This document shows positions 18,366-27,352 of a stretch of DNA of 64,000 nt, one piece after another. The position numbers were made by a program, and so were the translations under genes. The DNA lies in the NCBI GenBank assembly GCA_963706575.1, contig CAVPNL010000006.1:32001-96000 (forward strand), read 5' to 3'. The number at the start of each line of letters is the position of its first letter. The first letter of the stretch is position 1. This DNA comes from an uncultured delta proteobacterium (GTDB lineage: Bacteria; Desulfobacterota; Desulfobacteria; Desulfobacterales; JAHEIW01). The notes below the pieces were generated by a model. The model made no database searches and was not told where the DNA came from. It saw only the letters and a list, made by a program, of their open reading frames with translations.

Positions 18366-19669
18366 GGGGTTGCTCGATCAATTTGTTTCTTGGTTCTGGA
18401 ATAATATAGGCCCACTGAAAACAATGCAGCGCCGGCAATAAAAAAGACCAGGGACCGGACCAGCAGGCTGTGGAACAGGTCCGTATAGCGGGCTATGGCG
18501 ATGACGGCAAACAGCACACATCCGGTCACGGTGGTTTTCAGATTAAGGGTTTTGCAGCCGCTGACAATCATCATGATGCATTGATACAGAAATAAAATAT
18601 TAAAAACCGCCATTCCCAGCCACCCACCTAATGGTAGCAGGCCCAGTATGTTGAGAATCATAATAGTCAGGGTGGCCCATACACCGTAATATTGGCTGCT
18701 GATGACGCTGTCGGGCTGAACCTTCTTTTTGGCAGTCGGCCAGATAGCCCATGCCCAGGTGCCGATGGCTGCCAGGGCAAATGAAAAGAAAAACAAACTT
18801 TCCATGAATTGGTCGAAATCGACCGACCAGGTTCCCCTGCCCCGATGGTGGAAGCTTAAAAGGAACAGAATTGCTAAATAGACAAAAAAACCGATGAAAG
18901 AAAACACCGGGCCCATTTCCGGAAACAGGTTGCGCTGCCGCACCACCAGGCTCATTGCAATCAACATGCAGCCGCAGAAGAATACAACCAGAACCGCCAG
19001 ATCGCCTTCGAGCATCGAAGCGGATATCAACAGCGTTGCCAGAAAGCTGATCAGGCAGACGGTAGCCAGCACCCGGGATCGCCGGAGCCAGGCCAGCGGC
19101 ATGATGCCGCCTAAAATGAGGAACGGGGATATGAGGTGCGGGTTTTTAAAATCAAATGCTTCAAAGCAGTTCCAGAGCACAAACAAAAGGGTGGCCAGGA
19201 TTCCATGGGCCATGGACGGCAGGCTCCAGGCCATTGCCAGGGCGCCGAACCCCCAGAATAAAAAGGCGTTGGGGTAGTGCTCCTCGATGTGATAAATCTG
19301 GGCGATCAGCCAGATGCCGGCGCCGAAGAGCATGGTGCCAAGCAGGTGCAATCCTTCACCGGCGGTCTGGTATGAGCTGTTGGGCCGCCGCAGCCAGAAT
19401 CCGGCACCGTGCGCGCCGATGATGGCCGCAAAAATCACCACCAGTTTAACAAACTTGTGCATCCGCTGCCAGTTGTAGGCAAATAAAAGAATAACACCCA
19501 GCCCGAAAAGGATGGCACCGATGCTAAAAAAAATGATCCGGCCCCATGCCGGTCCTTCCACCGGTGCCGGATACCGCTTCTTGATTGCCTGTCCCTGTTG
19601 CGGCTCGATGATGCCTTCGCCTACCCACAGGTCGATTTCATTCAAAAGCCATTTGATGTGTCTTTTCAT
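18362..19669 (-). CDS. DUF2157 family membrane protein
   Basis: W..EGII, IGAILFGLGVILLFAYNW, LFGAGIWLIAQIYH; usual partner of GDYXXLXY; 4-nt overlap. Confidence 0.9.
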   Translation of the reverse strand: MKRHIKWLLNEIDLWVGEGIIEPQQGQAIKKRYPAPVEGPAWGRIIFFSIGAILFGLGVILLFAYNWQRMHKFVKLVVIFAAIIGAHGAGFWLRRPNSSYQTAGEGLHLLGTMLFGAGIWLIAQIYHIEEHYPNAFLFWGFGALAMAWSLPSMAHGILATLLFVLWNCFEAFDFKNPHLISPFLILGGIMPLAWLRRSRVLATVCLISFLATLLISASMLEGDLAVLVVFFCGCMLIAMSLVVRQRNLFPEMGPVFSFIGFFVYLAILFLLSFHHRGRGTWSVDFDQFMESLFFFSFALAAIGTWAWAIWPTAKKKVQPDSVISSQYYGVWATLTIMILNILGLLPLGGWLGMAVFNILFLYQCIMMIVSGCKTLNLKTTVTGCVLFAVIAIARYTDLFHSLLVRSLVFFIAGAALFSVGLYYSRTKKQIDRATP

Positions 19670-19886
19670 AATTGCTCGGTCAAATCAGGTGGATCCCATA
19701 ACTGGTCAGCAGTGTCTGCCCCGCTGTTTAAACCCATCTCAAAAAAGCATTGCCTTTAATTGTATCCTTTGTTTGCCGCAAATATCAAATTTTTTAAAAA
19801 GGGACGCTAGGCAAATTCTGCACCGTAATAACAGATAATCATACTGAATATAACTTTAACCATTTGAAATTAAAGCGAAATAATTT

Positions 19887-19902
19887 TGGCACATAATCTG
19901 CA
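19887..19902 (+). promoter_or_regulatory. Sigma-54 promoter (-24/-12) upstream of motA
   Basis: TGGCAC-ATAAT-CTGCA with canonical GG/GC spacing. Confidence 0.65.
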
Positions 19903-19942
19903 ATTATGATGCAAGCGTTGAATAAAACAGGAGGAATATCAC

Positions 19943-20761
19943 GTGCTGCAAAAATTAATTCTGCTCATTGGCATCGTTCTCTTTATGATCCTTTCCGGAA
20001 ATGCCATCGAAAACACCTCGATCATGTTAAATCTGAAAAGTGCCCTGCTGGTTATGGCCGGCTCGCTTTTAAGCGCGCTTATCGCCTTTCCGATGAAGAC
20101 GTTTCGGGATCTCTTTAAAAGCCTGCTTTCTGTTTACAGGCAGGAGGCCACCGATAATGAGCCATTGGTTCAGGAAATGGAAAAGCTCGCGGTCATCTGG
20201 CGGCGTCATGGAATCATCGCGCTTGAGAATGCCAGAAATACGATCGATAATGTTTTCCTGAACAAGGGAATTGAACTGGTGATTGACGGTTATAATCGGT
20301 TTGACATTCGCAATATTATGGAAAAGGACTTTGAGCTCTACTTTTCCAGAAAAGAGTCACAGGTCAATGTGTTAAATACGCTTGCCAAGTTGGCCCCGGT
20401 TTTCGGCTTCGTCGGCACCATAATGGGTTTGATAAAGGTGCTGAACAACGTCGAGGATCCGGCCCTGATCGGAAAAGGTATGGCTCTGGCGCTCCTGACC
20501 ACATTGTATGGTATTTTGCTTGCTAATTTTCTTTTCTTCCCGCTTGCAAAAAAACTTTCTGAACACGCAAAAACCGAAACAATCGTTTTAAACATTATTT
20601 TAGAAGGGGTAATGGATATTGCGGATCAAAAAACATCCAAATCGATTTCCCATCGACTGAATTCCTACATCGGCATCAATCATCTCAGCCAGCTGAATAA
20701 GAAGAGTAAATACCTGATCGGGGAGCAACCGCAACCGACCCCGCAAACACAATCACCGTAA
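19943..20761 (+). CDS. motA: Flagellar stator MotA/PomA-like protein
   Basis: LAPVFGFVGTIMGLI, GMALALLTTLYG, FLNKGIELVIDG motifs. Confidence 0.85.
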   Translation: MLQKLILLIGIVLFMILSGNAIENTSIMLNLKSALLVMAGSLLSALIAFPMKTFRDLFKSLLSVYRQEATDNEPLVQEMEKLAVIWRRHGIIALENARNTIDNVFLNKGIELVIDGYNRFDIRNIMEKDFELYFSRKESQVNVLNTLAKLAPVFGFVGTIMGLIKVLNNVEDPALIGKGMALALLTTLYGILLANFLFFPLAKKLSEHAKTETIVLNIILEGVMDIADQKTSKSISHRLNSYIGINHLSQLNKKSKYLIGEQPQPTPQTQSP

Positions 20762-20786
20762 CTCAGGCCGGAAGCGAGGGAAATTC

Positions 20787-21713
20787 ATGGCAAAGCTGGA
20801 AGGAGAAGAGCTTAAGAAGCGGCTTGAGTTCTCCGAATATAAAAGAGTGCTCCTGCAAAAGCGGTTGTCGAAGGGCAGTATCGAAGAGGATTCGACGCTA
20901 TGGAGCTTTGTCGATCTGATGACGCTGCTTTTGATCCTGTTTATTCTTTTTTATTCTCATGCCGTGACCAAGAAGGGTTCAGCCAGGTACATGGCAAGTA
21001 AACAGTCCCAGACCGTTGAAGCAGCACCAACCATTGAGGTGCATAAAACCTCAATAGCGGCTAAACCGGTAGCATATGATCCGAATCAGCCGGAACCGGA
21101 TGTAGTCAAAACCGAAAAGGAAAACCCGGACGAGGCTTTAGAGCAATTCGAACAGCAGGTACTGCAAACCGTCTCTGAGAAAGTTAAAAACGACTTTTCC
21201 ATCCGCTGGAATCAAAAGCGCCTGGTACTGGTGTTGGGCGAAAGAATTGCGTTCAATGTGGGGGAAGCAAACCTGCTGCCTGATTTTCAGCCGACCTTAA
21301 AACAGATCGCCGGGTTCATTTCTTCGCAGAAAGGTTATAACGTCACCATCGCCGGGCATACCGACGACACACCCATCAACAACACCCAATTTCCCTCCAA
21401 CTGGGAGCTGTCGGCGATCCGGGCGGTGAATGTGGCTAAATTCATGATCTTACATGGCGTCAATCCCCAGCGAATTTCGACCGAGGGATATTCAGCCTAT
21501 CGTCCATTACAGCCCAATACAACCGATGACAACAGGCACGCAAATCGTCGCGTAGAAATAACGCTAATCAAGGCACAGGAAAACGAAATCCTGGCTGAAG
21601 ATAAGGTAGATAGCACTGAGGAAGCTGACGCATCCTTGAGACACACCCAGGCCGACAACCTTCCCGTCTACCCTAAAAAAAGATACCATACTTTCCGTGG
21701 CTATCCTTTTTAA
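20787..21713 (+). CDS. motB: Flagellar stator MotB-like protein (OmpA-like PG-binding domain)
   Basis: WSFVDLMTLLLILF TM with conserved Asp; GHTDD..PI...FPSNWELSAIRA...NRRVEI. Confidence 0.88.
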   Translation: MAKLEGEELKKRLEFSEYKRVLLQKRLSKGSIEEDSTLWSFVDLMTLLLILFILFYSHAVTKKGSARYMASKQSQTVEAAPTIEVHKTSIAAKPVAYDPNQPEPDVVKTEKENPDEALEQFEQQVLQTVSEKVKNDFSIRWNQKRLVLVLGERIAFNVGEANLLPDFQPTLKQIAGFISSQKGYNVTIAGHTDDTPINNTQFPSNWELSAIRAVNVAKFMILHGVNPQRISTEGYSAYRPLQPNTTDDNRHANRRVEITLIKAQENEILAEDKVDSTEEADASLRHTQADNLPVYPKKRYHTFRGYPF

Positions 21714-21802
21714 AATGGTTCATTTTGACAGAATTTACCTATAAATCTTGGAATTTTCAGCTCGAATTGGTTTTAATCCAAAGTTAAATTTGTTCTCCAC
21801 TT

Positions 21803-24800
21803 TTATACCAGTTCCTCCAGCAAGACCTTAGCCTCTTTGAGGTCCGCGGTATCGAATCCCTCGGTGAACCAGCCGTAAATATCGGCTAGCATTTGCCGTG
21901 CCTCTTCCTGCTTTCCCTGCTGTTGCCACAGTCGACTCAGGCTCATCGCCGCCCGCAGCTCCAACGACTTTGCCTGCTGACGACGTGCAGTATCGAGAGC
22001 TTTCCGAAAACATTCCTCCGCTTCCCCCACCTTTTGCTCTTGCTGCATCAGCAAGAGCTCTCCCCTGCGCCTATGCAGCTCTGCCTCCCAATAGCGCTCC
22101 TCAGTTTTGTCCACCAATGCGAGCGCCTCGACCAACACTTTCAGTCCTTCTTTCGACTTCCCTGCTTCCCCATACGCCTCAGACAGCAGGGAAAGACAAT
22201 AGGGCCGCTGCAATTCAGCTCCTGTTCCCCGGTAAGCGACAAGACCCTGATGCATCTGGGCTATCCCCTCTGCTCCCTCTCCTTGCAGTGCCCGCGCCCA
22301 CCCTTGCAAAATCGTTCCATAGGCCAACCAGAAGGGAAAACCCTTTTCTGCCGATAATGCTATCAATGCCTCGGCGGGCTCCTGGACCGCCTGCGCCTCC
22401 TGGCGGAACTGACGGAGGAAAGTAGCGAAATGCAGAGCAAGAGTCAGGCTGAAAGGGTGATCAAGTTCCTGAGCCAGGGTCAGCGCTTCATTGATGCTCT
22501 GCAGGGCCTGGTCCGGATAGCCGAGCATCCATATGGCCCAGGCAGCAAATCCTCGGCACATTACGGCAGGGTCCTGTCCATACAAAAAGGCATGGGAGCG
22601 GTGTTTCTGAGGATTATAGAGGGCCATTCCCTGCTCGAAATGCTCTCGAGCTGCGGTTATTTCTCCAAACCAGTACAAGGTCTGCCCTATCACGCGGTGA
22701 GCCTCCAGGAGGAGCGCAGTGTCTTGTGCGCGCTGGGCCAGGGTGAAGAGCTGCTCCGCCAGCTCACGCGTCGTCTGCAACTCCGCCCGGACCATATAAA
22801 ACCGCCACAGCCCGTGCAGCACCGGAAAAAGCTGTGGGGTTTCTCCCACCTGCTGACAGAGTTCCCGGGCCCGGGCATAGGCGCGTTCCGTGTCAGGGGA
22901 CGATTGGCCCTTAACGGCCATCAACACCGGGCCAAGTGTGACCTGTATGTCCAGCTCCTGGCGGGCACGCTCAAGGGTGTCCGGCAGGGCCATGAGCACC
23001 TCCAGCCCCTTGGTGAGGTGGTTGATCGCTTCCACATGCGCCGAGCGCTGGGTGGCGCGCTTGCCGGCCTGGTACCAATAGCCAACGGCCTGTTCGTTGA
23101 GACCCGCCTCTGTGTAGTGATGGGCCACCAACTCGGGCTCGGCCTCGACCGTCTCGGAAAACTCCGCTTCCAACATCTGGGCAATCTGCTGGTGGTATTG
23201 CTGCCGGGTCCGCTTGAGCAGCGAGCCATAGGCCGCATCCTGGATAAGCGCGTGCTTAAAGATGTATTTGGCACGTGGCGGCCGACCCCGTTGGTAGAGA
23301 AGTTCTGCACCCACCAGCTGGTCCAGCCGCTCCTGCAACGTTGACTCCTCCACAGCGGCCAGCGCCCGGAGCATCTCGTAGGCAAATTCCCGGCCTAGCA
23401 CCGCTCCGAGCTGTGCCACCTCGCGCACCATGGGTAGACGATCCAGTCTTGCCATCAGTGAATCCTGCAACGTGGCTGGGATCGCAACGCTGGACAATGT
23501 ACCGGCCAGGGCATAGTGATCGGCCTCCTCCCGCAGGAGGTCCGATTCCAGGAGCATCTTTGTCAATTCTTCCACATAGAGCGGTACACCATCGGTCCTG
23601 GCGACAATGTATTGGACCACCTCGGCTGGAAGCGCCTTGCCGCCCCCCAGCTTCGTAATCATGGCCTCCACCTGGGGACGCTCAAGACGGTTGAGCGTGA
23701 TAGGGGTCATATGGGAGCGGTTGGGCCACGGTGGGACAAATTGCGGACGGAAAATCAACACAGCCAGCATCGGGACTGTGGGGACCTGCTCCACGAGCAA
23801 CCCGATGCTCTCGATTGTAGAGGGGTCTGCCCAGTGGAGATCTTCATACACCACGAGCATCGGCTGACGCTCGGCCTCCTCCAGGAGCCACGCTGTCAGG
23901 GCATCCTGTGTCTGCTCTTTTTCTTGCCGGGGTGTCAGGCCCAGGGGGGGATAGCGCCCTTCGGGTAACGGCAAGGAGAACAGCACAGCGAACAACGGCA
24001 CAACCTCCCTCAACGGGAGACTGGTCGTCCGGAGCGTCTGCTCCATTTTGCCAAGCTTCTCTGCAGGGGTATCGCCACGCTCCCAGCCCCACAAGCGCTG
24101 CAGGTGTGTGATCACCGGGTAGAGCGCACTGTTGGTATGATAAGGGGAACAGCGGTAAGTGGCGCGCATATACCCTTGGCTCGCTACCTGTTCGCGCAGT
24201 ACATCGGCCAGAGCCGATTTGCCGATCCCCGGCTCACCATTGATGAGCACCACCTGGCCGAATCCCTCCTTGCTCTGCTCCCAGCGCCGCAGCAACAGCC
24301 CTATTTCTTCGTCCCGTCCCACCAGGGTTGTAATGATGCCGGTTGCGATCTCCTCCTCATCGCTTTGTGCCACAATGGGCTTGAGAACTTGTGCGACTTC
24401 TATTGGCTCCGGCACACCCTTCATGCGATGGCTGCCCAGATCCTTTAGGACAAACGCACCCTTCACAAGGCGCTTGGTCATTGCACTGATCACCACCGTG
24501 TCAGGCTCCGCGAAACTTTCAAGACGGGATGCAATATTGGGCGTTTCCCCTAGAGCCAATTGTTCATGGCGCCCCCCACCGCCCATTTTTCCCACGACGA
24601 CCGGACCGGTGTGGATACCCAGCCGCACGGCAAGCTGGACGCCATACTCGGGTTCCATGCGGCTATTCAGCGTCCCCATGGCCTCCACAATCCCCAGAGC
24701 AGCGCGCACGGCGCGGTGCGCATCATCTTCGTGTGCCTGGGGGTAGCCAAAGTAAACCAGAAGCCCATCACCGAGATACTGCGCTATATGGCCGTCAAAT

Positions 24801-25198
24801 CCCTGAATCACGTCAGCGGCCGTTTTTTGGTAAGAGCGCACGACCTCGCGAAGGTCTTCAGGATCGAGCCGGGCCGACAGGTTGGTCGAGCCGAGCAGAT
24901 CGCAAAACATCACAGTCAGTTGACGGCGTTCCGCGTCTAGAGAGCGCGCCTCTGCCACAGGGGCTGTCGCCTGGATGTCGCTCCTGGCTGCTGTTGGCGT
25001 GGCATCCGGAGGCCTTGACGCATCTTGGGGAGGGGCTTCTTTGGGCTCGCTAAGATTATGTCCGCATTCATCACAAAATAGGCTGTCGGGTGTAAGTAAG
25101 GTACTGCATTGGGGGCAGATCAGATTGAGTTTGGCTCCGCACTTCTTGCAAAATTTAGCCCCTTCACGATTGTCAAACTGGCATTCAGGGCATTTCAT
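21803..25198 (-). CDS. Double zinc ribbon + class III nucleotide cyclase + STAND/AAA ATPase + TPR protein (paralogue 2)
   Basis: AERRQLTVMFCDL...YLGDGLLVYFG...GETPNIASR; GEPGIGKS; YEDLHW; C-terminal QQAKSLELRAA...WFTEGFDT. Confidence 0.9.
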   Translation of the reverse strand: MKCPECQFDNREGAKFCKKCGAKLNLICPQCSTLLTPDSLFCDECGHNLSEPKEAPPQDASRPPDATPTAARSDIQATAPVAEARSLDAERRQLTVMFCDLLGSTNLSARLDPEDLREVVRSYQKTAADVIQGFDGHIAQYLGDGLLVYFGYPQAHEDDAHRAVRAALGIVEAMGTLNSRMEPEYGVQLAVRLGIHTGPVVVGKMGGGGRHEQLALGETPNIASRLESFAEPDTVVISAMTKRLVKGAFVLKDLGSHRMKGVPEPIEVAQVLKPIVAQSDEEEIATGIITTLVGRDEEIGLLLRRWEQSKEGFGQVVLINGEPGIGKSALADVLREQVASQGYMRATYRCSPYHTNSALYPVITHLQRLWGWERGDTPAEKLGKMEQTLRTTSLPLREVVPLFAVLFSLPLPEGRYPPLGLTPRQEKEQTQDALTAWLLEEAERQPMLVVYEDLHWADPSTIESIGLLVEQVPTVPMLAVLIFRPQFVPPWPNRSHMTPITLNRLERPQVEAMITKLGGGKALPAEVVQYIVARTDGVPLYVEELTKMLLESDLLREEADHYALAGTLSSVAIPATLQDSLMARLDRLPMVREVAQLGAVLGREFAYEMLRALAAVEESTLQERLDQLVGAELLYQRGRPPRAKYIFKHALIQDAAYGSLLKRTRQQYHQQIAQMLEAEFSETVEAEPELVAHHYTEAGLNEQAVGYWYQAGKRATQRSAHVEAINHLTKGLEVLMALPDTLERARQELDIQVTLGPVLMAVKGQSSPDTERAYARARELCQQVGETPQLFPVLHGLWRFYMVRAELQTTRELAEQLFTLAQRAQDTALLLEAHRVIGQTLYWFGEITAAREHFEQGMALYNPQKHRSHAFLYGQDPAVMCRGFAAWAIWMLGYPDQALQSINEALTLAQELDHPFSLTLALHFATFLRQFRQEAQAVQEPAEALIALSAEKGFPFWLAYGTILQGWARALQGEGAEGIAQMHQGLVAYRGTGAELQRPYCLSLLSEAYGEAGKSKEGLKVLVEALALVDKTEERYWEAELHRRRGELLLMQQEQKVGEAEECFRKALDTARRQQAKSLELRAAMSLSRLWQQQGKQEEARQMLADIYGWFTEGFDTADLKEAKVLLEELV

Positions 25199-25264
25199 TT
25201 TATGCCCTCCTTTATGCGCTTATCAGTTTGAAATGGTGTGAAGGAAATAAGTGTGATTATCTGT

Positions 25265-25319
25265 TTAATATCTTAGTCATGCTTCGATGTCAATTATCGC
25301 GATAGTTAATATATTGTGG
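25265..25319 (-). promoter_or_regulatory. Sigma-70 promoter with upstream NrdR-box-like site (cyclase paralogue 2)
   Basis: TTGACA (25288-25293), 17 nt, TATTAA; CCACAATATATTAACT at 25304-25319. Confidence 0.6.
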
Positions 25320-25377
25320 TTGAGACTTGAGTTGCTTTTTGCAGATACCCCCTAGCAAAAACCAAATATCGCCCGGG

Positions 25378-25437
25378 TGGTGATACATTGTGAATATCAC
25401 CAAAACAGAAGACTTGTGATACGCAAGAATATCACAA
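25378..25437. promoter_or_regulatory. Tandem palindromic operator pair GTGATA-N8/9-TATCAC
   Basis: TGGTGATA-N9-TATCACCA (25378-25402) and TTGTGATA-N8-TATCACAA (25414-25437). Confidence 0.6.
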
Positions 25438-25506
25438 CCACCATAAATTAAAAACCAAAAGACGCTGGATCTAGCATTCCACCGCTAACGGAGTTGAAAT
25501 TTTTCT

Positions 25507-25535
25507 TTGACCTGCAAAGGGATTTTCTTTATATT
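25507..25535 (+). promoter_or_regulatory. Sigma-70-like promoter for the PrpD-family gene
   Basis: TTGACC-17 nt-TATATT. Confidence 0.5.
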
Positions 25536-25676
25536 CATTCCGATAAGATACAAGGTGTTATCTCTCACGGTTGGAGGTCCGACCCTGGCTTCATTTCATC
25601 ATGGATCGTGGATCATAACCGTGTAACCTTGAACCTGCCAAACTGTGAAGATCAATTTTAAATGGGGAGGTGACAT

Positions 25677-27068
25677 ATGGAAAAGTGGGTTACCAAAGAA
25701 CTGGCCGAATATGCAGTGGGCGTGCGCTTTGAAGATTATCCCCGAGAAGTTATCGAGACCGCCAAGATTTTGCTGCTGGACAACATCGGCTGTATGCTGG
25801 GCGGCAGTCAGTCCAAACTGGGCCAGGCCACACTCAAGCCGATCGAGCAGATGGGCGGCAGCGAAGATGCCACTCTGGTAGGAGGCCGCTGCAAAGTCCC
25901 GACCATTCAGGCTGCTTTTGTGAACGGTACCAATGCCAACGCGTTGGATTATGACGAAGTCCTGTTTGGCATCGGACATCCCGGCTCTTCCATTATCCCC
26001 TCTGCACTGGCCGTCGCCGAATGGAAAGGACTTTCGGGTAAAACGGTGCTCAATGCCATATTGGCCGGATATGATGTTGGCAATCGCATCGGTATCGGGA
26101 TCCAGCCGACGCCCGAGAGACTGCAGCACGTATGGGGTGTGGGCACCTGGCAAACGTTTAGTTCCGTCGTTGCAGCCAGCAAAGCCCTCGACTTTGATCT
26201 TGAAACGACGATGAACGCCTATGGTGTGGCCGGCGCCACGGCCCCTTTGCCCAATACCCAGAAATGGGGCTGGGATCTTTCCGAGCGGCCCCTGCACTGG
26301 GTCAAAGAACCGACCGGCTGGCCCGCCTGGACCGGTACAACGGCGGCCATATTGGCTGCCAATGGTTTCGTCGGTAACAAATACATACTGGATGGCCACA
26401 ACGGCTTCTGGATCATGGCAGGTTCGGACCAATGCGACTATGATGTTATGACCCGGGGGCTGGGGAGCGAGTATGAAGTCCTCACCAATATCGCCATCAA
26501 ACCGTATTCCGCCTGCCGCTGGCAGCATCCCACGCTGGATTGCGTCACCCTGCTCAAGGCCGAACATGATCTGAGCCCGGAAGATATCAAGGCGGTCAAT
26601 ATCCATTCCTTTGCCTGGGTCAAGACCCATGAGCTATACGGCCCTGCCGACATGGTGGATGCTGCCTTCTGTATCCCGTATACCGTTACCCAGGTCTTAA
26701 TGGGCGAACCGCCGGGATTGGGGTGGTATACCGATGAAAAACTTGAGAGTGAAGAGATATTGAACTTTTCCAAAAAAGTGAAAGTGACCGTCGATCAGGA
26801 GATGGACAAGGCTTATTTCGCTGAGGATCGGCTATCTGCACGTGTGGAGATCGTCACCACGGCCGGCGACACATTGGAAAAGTATGTGAAAATTCCTTTA
26901 GGTGATCCGCGCAACCCGCTGAGCAAAGCCGAGATCGAGGCTAAATTCAGAAATCAGGCGGCCCACTGTCTGGACCCCCAGACCGTTGACACGGTGGTTG
27001 ACAAAATCTATGATTTCGAGAACATCGAGGATATATCCACCTTTATGCCCATGCTGATCGCGCGCTGA
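25677..27068 (+). CDS. MmgE/PrpD family protein
   Basis: LLDNIGC, NANALDYDE...HP, IKPYSACRWQHP, PLGDPRNPLS...KF; GGAGGTGA RBS. Confidence 0.92.
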   Translation: MEKWVTKELAEYAVGVRFEDYPREVIETAKILLLDNIGCMLGGSQSKLGQATLKPIEQMGGSEDATLVGGRCKVPTIQAAFVNGTNANALDYDEVLFGIGHPGSSIIPSALAVAEWKGLSGKTVLNAILAGYDVGNRIGIGIQPTPERLQHVWGVGTWQTFSSVVAASKALDFDLETTMNAYGVAGATAPLPNTQKWGWDLSERPLHWVKEPTGWPAWTGTTAAILAANGFVGNKYILDGHNGFWIMAGSDQCDYDVMTRGLGSEYEVLTNIAIKPYSACRWQHPTLDCVTLLKAEHDLSPEDIKAVNIHSFAWVKTHELYGPADMVDAAFCIPYTVTQVLMGEPPGLGWYTDEKLESEEILNFSKKVKVTVDQEMDKAYFAEDRLSARVEIVTTAGDTLEKYVKIPLGDPRNPLSKAEIEAKFRNQAAHCLDPQTVDTVVDKIYDFENIEDISTFMPMLIAR

Positions 27069-27352
27069 AGCCACTGCAGGCAACCTTAACATTTTAGGCA
27101 GGACCATCCTCGGCCTGCCGGTAATGGTAATCGGGTACGCTCTTAAGATATTGATATTCAATCTATATTTTAATAGCGTCTTCGTTAGCGCTTCTTTTTT
27201 ATTTGACCCGCCTTTATCAAGCCTGCTATCTTCGAAAAAAATCGAGTCTGCGCTTATGGATTACATTTTAGACGTCGGAGAACTCTTTTTGTGACCCTGT
27301 CTTGAGATCAACCAGCTGATATGAAATACAGAGATACTGGGAGCATGCGTTT

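Noticed and set aside
19943..21713. Zorya ZorAB defence system
   Set aside because: The MotA homologue lacks the long ZorA tail and there is no zorC/D/E nearby
22430..23344. 304-aa plus-strand ORF and the other long overlapping ORFs in the track (e.g. 25599-26630, 17406-18143, 11079-11699)
   Set aside because: They are antisense shadows of well-supported genes, with no recognisable motifs
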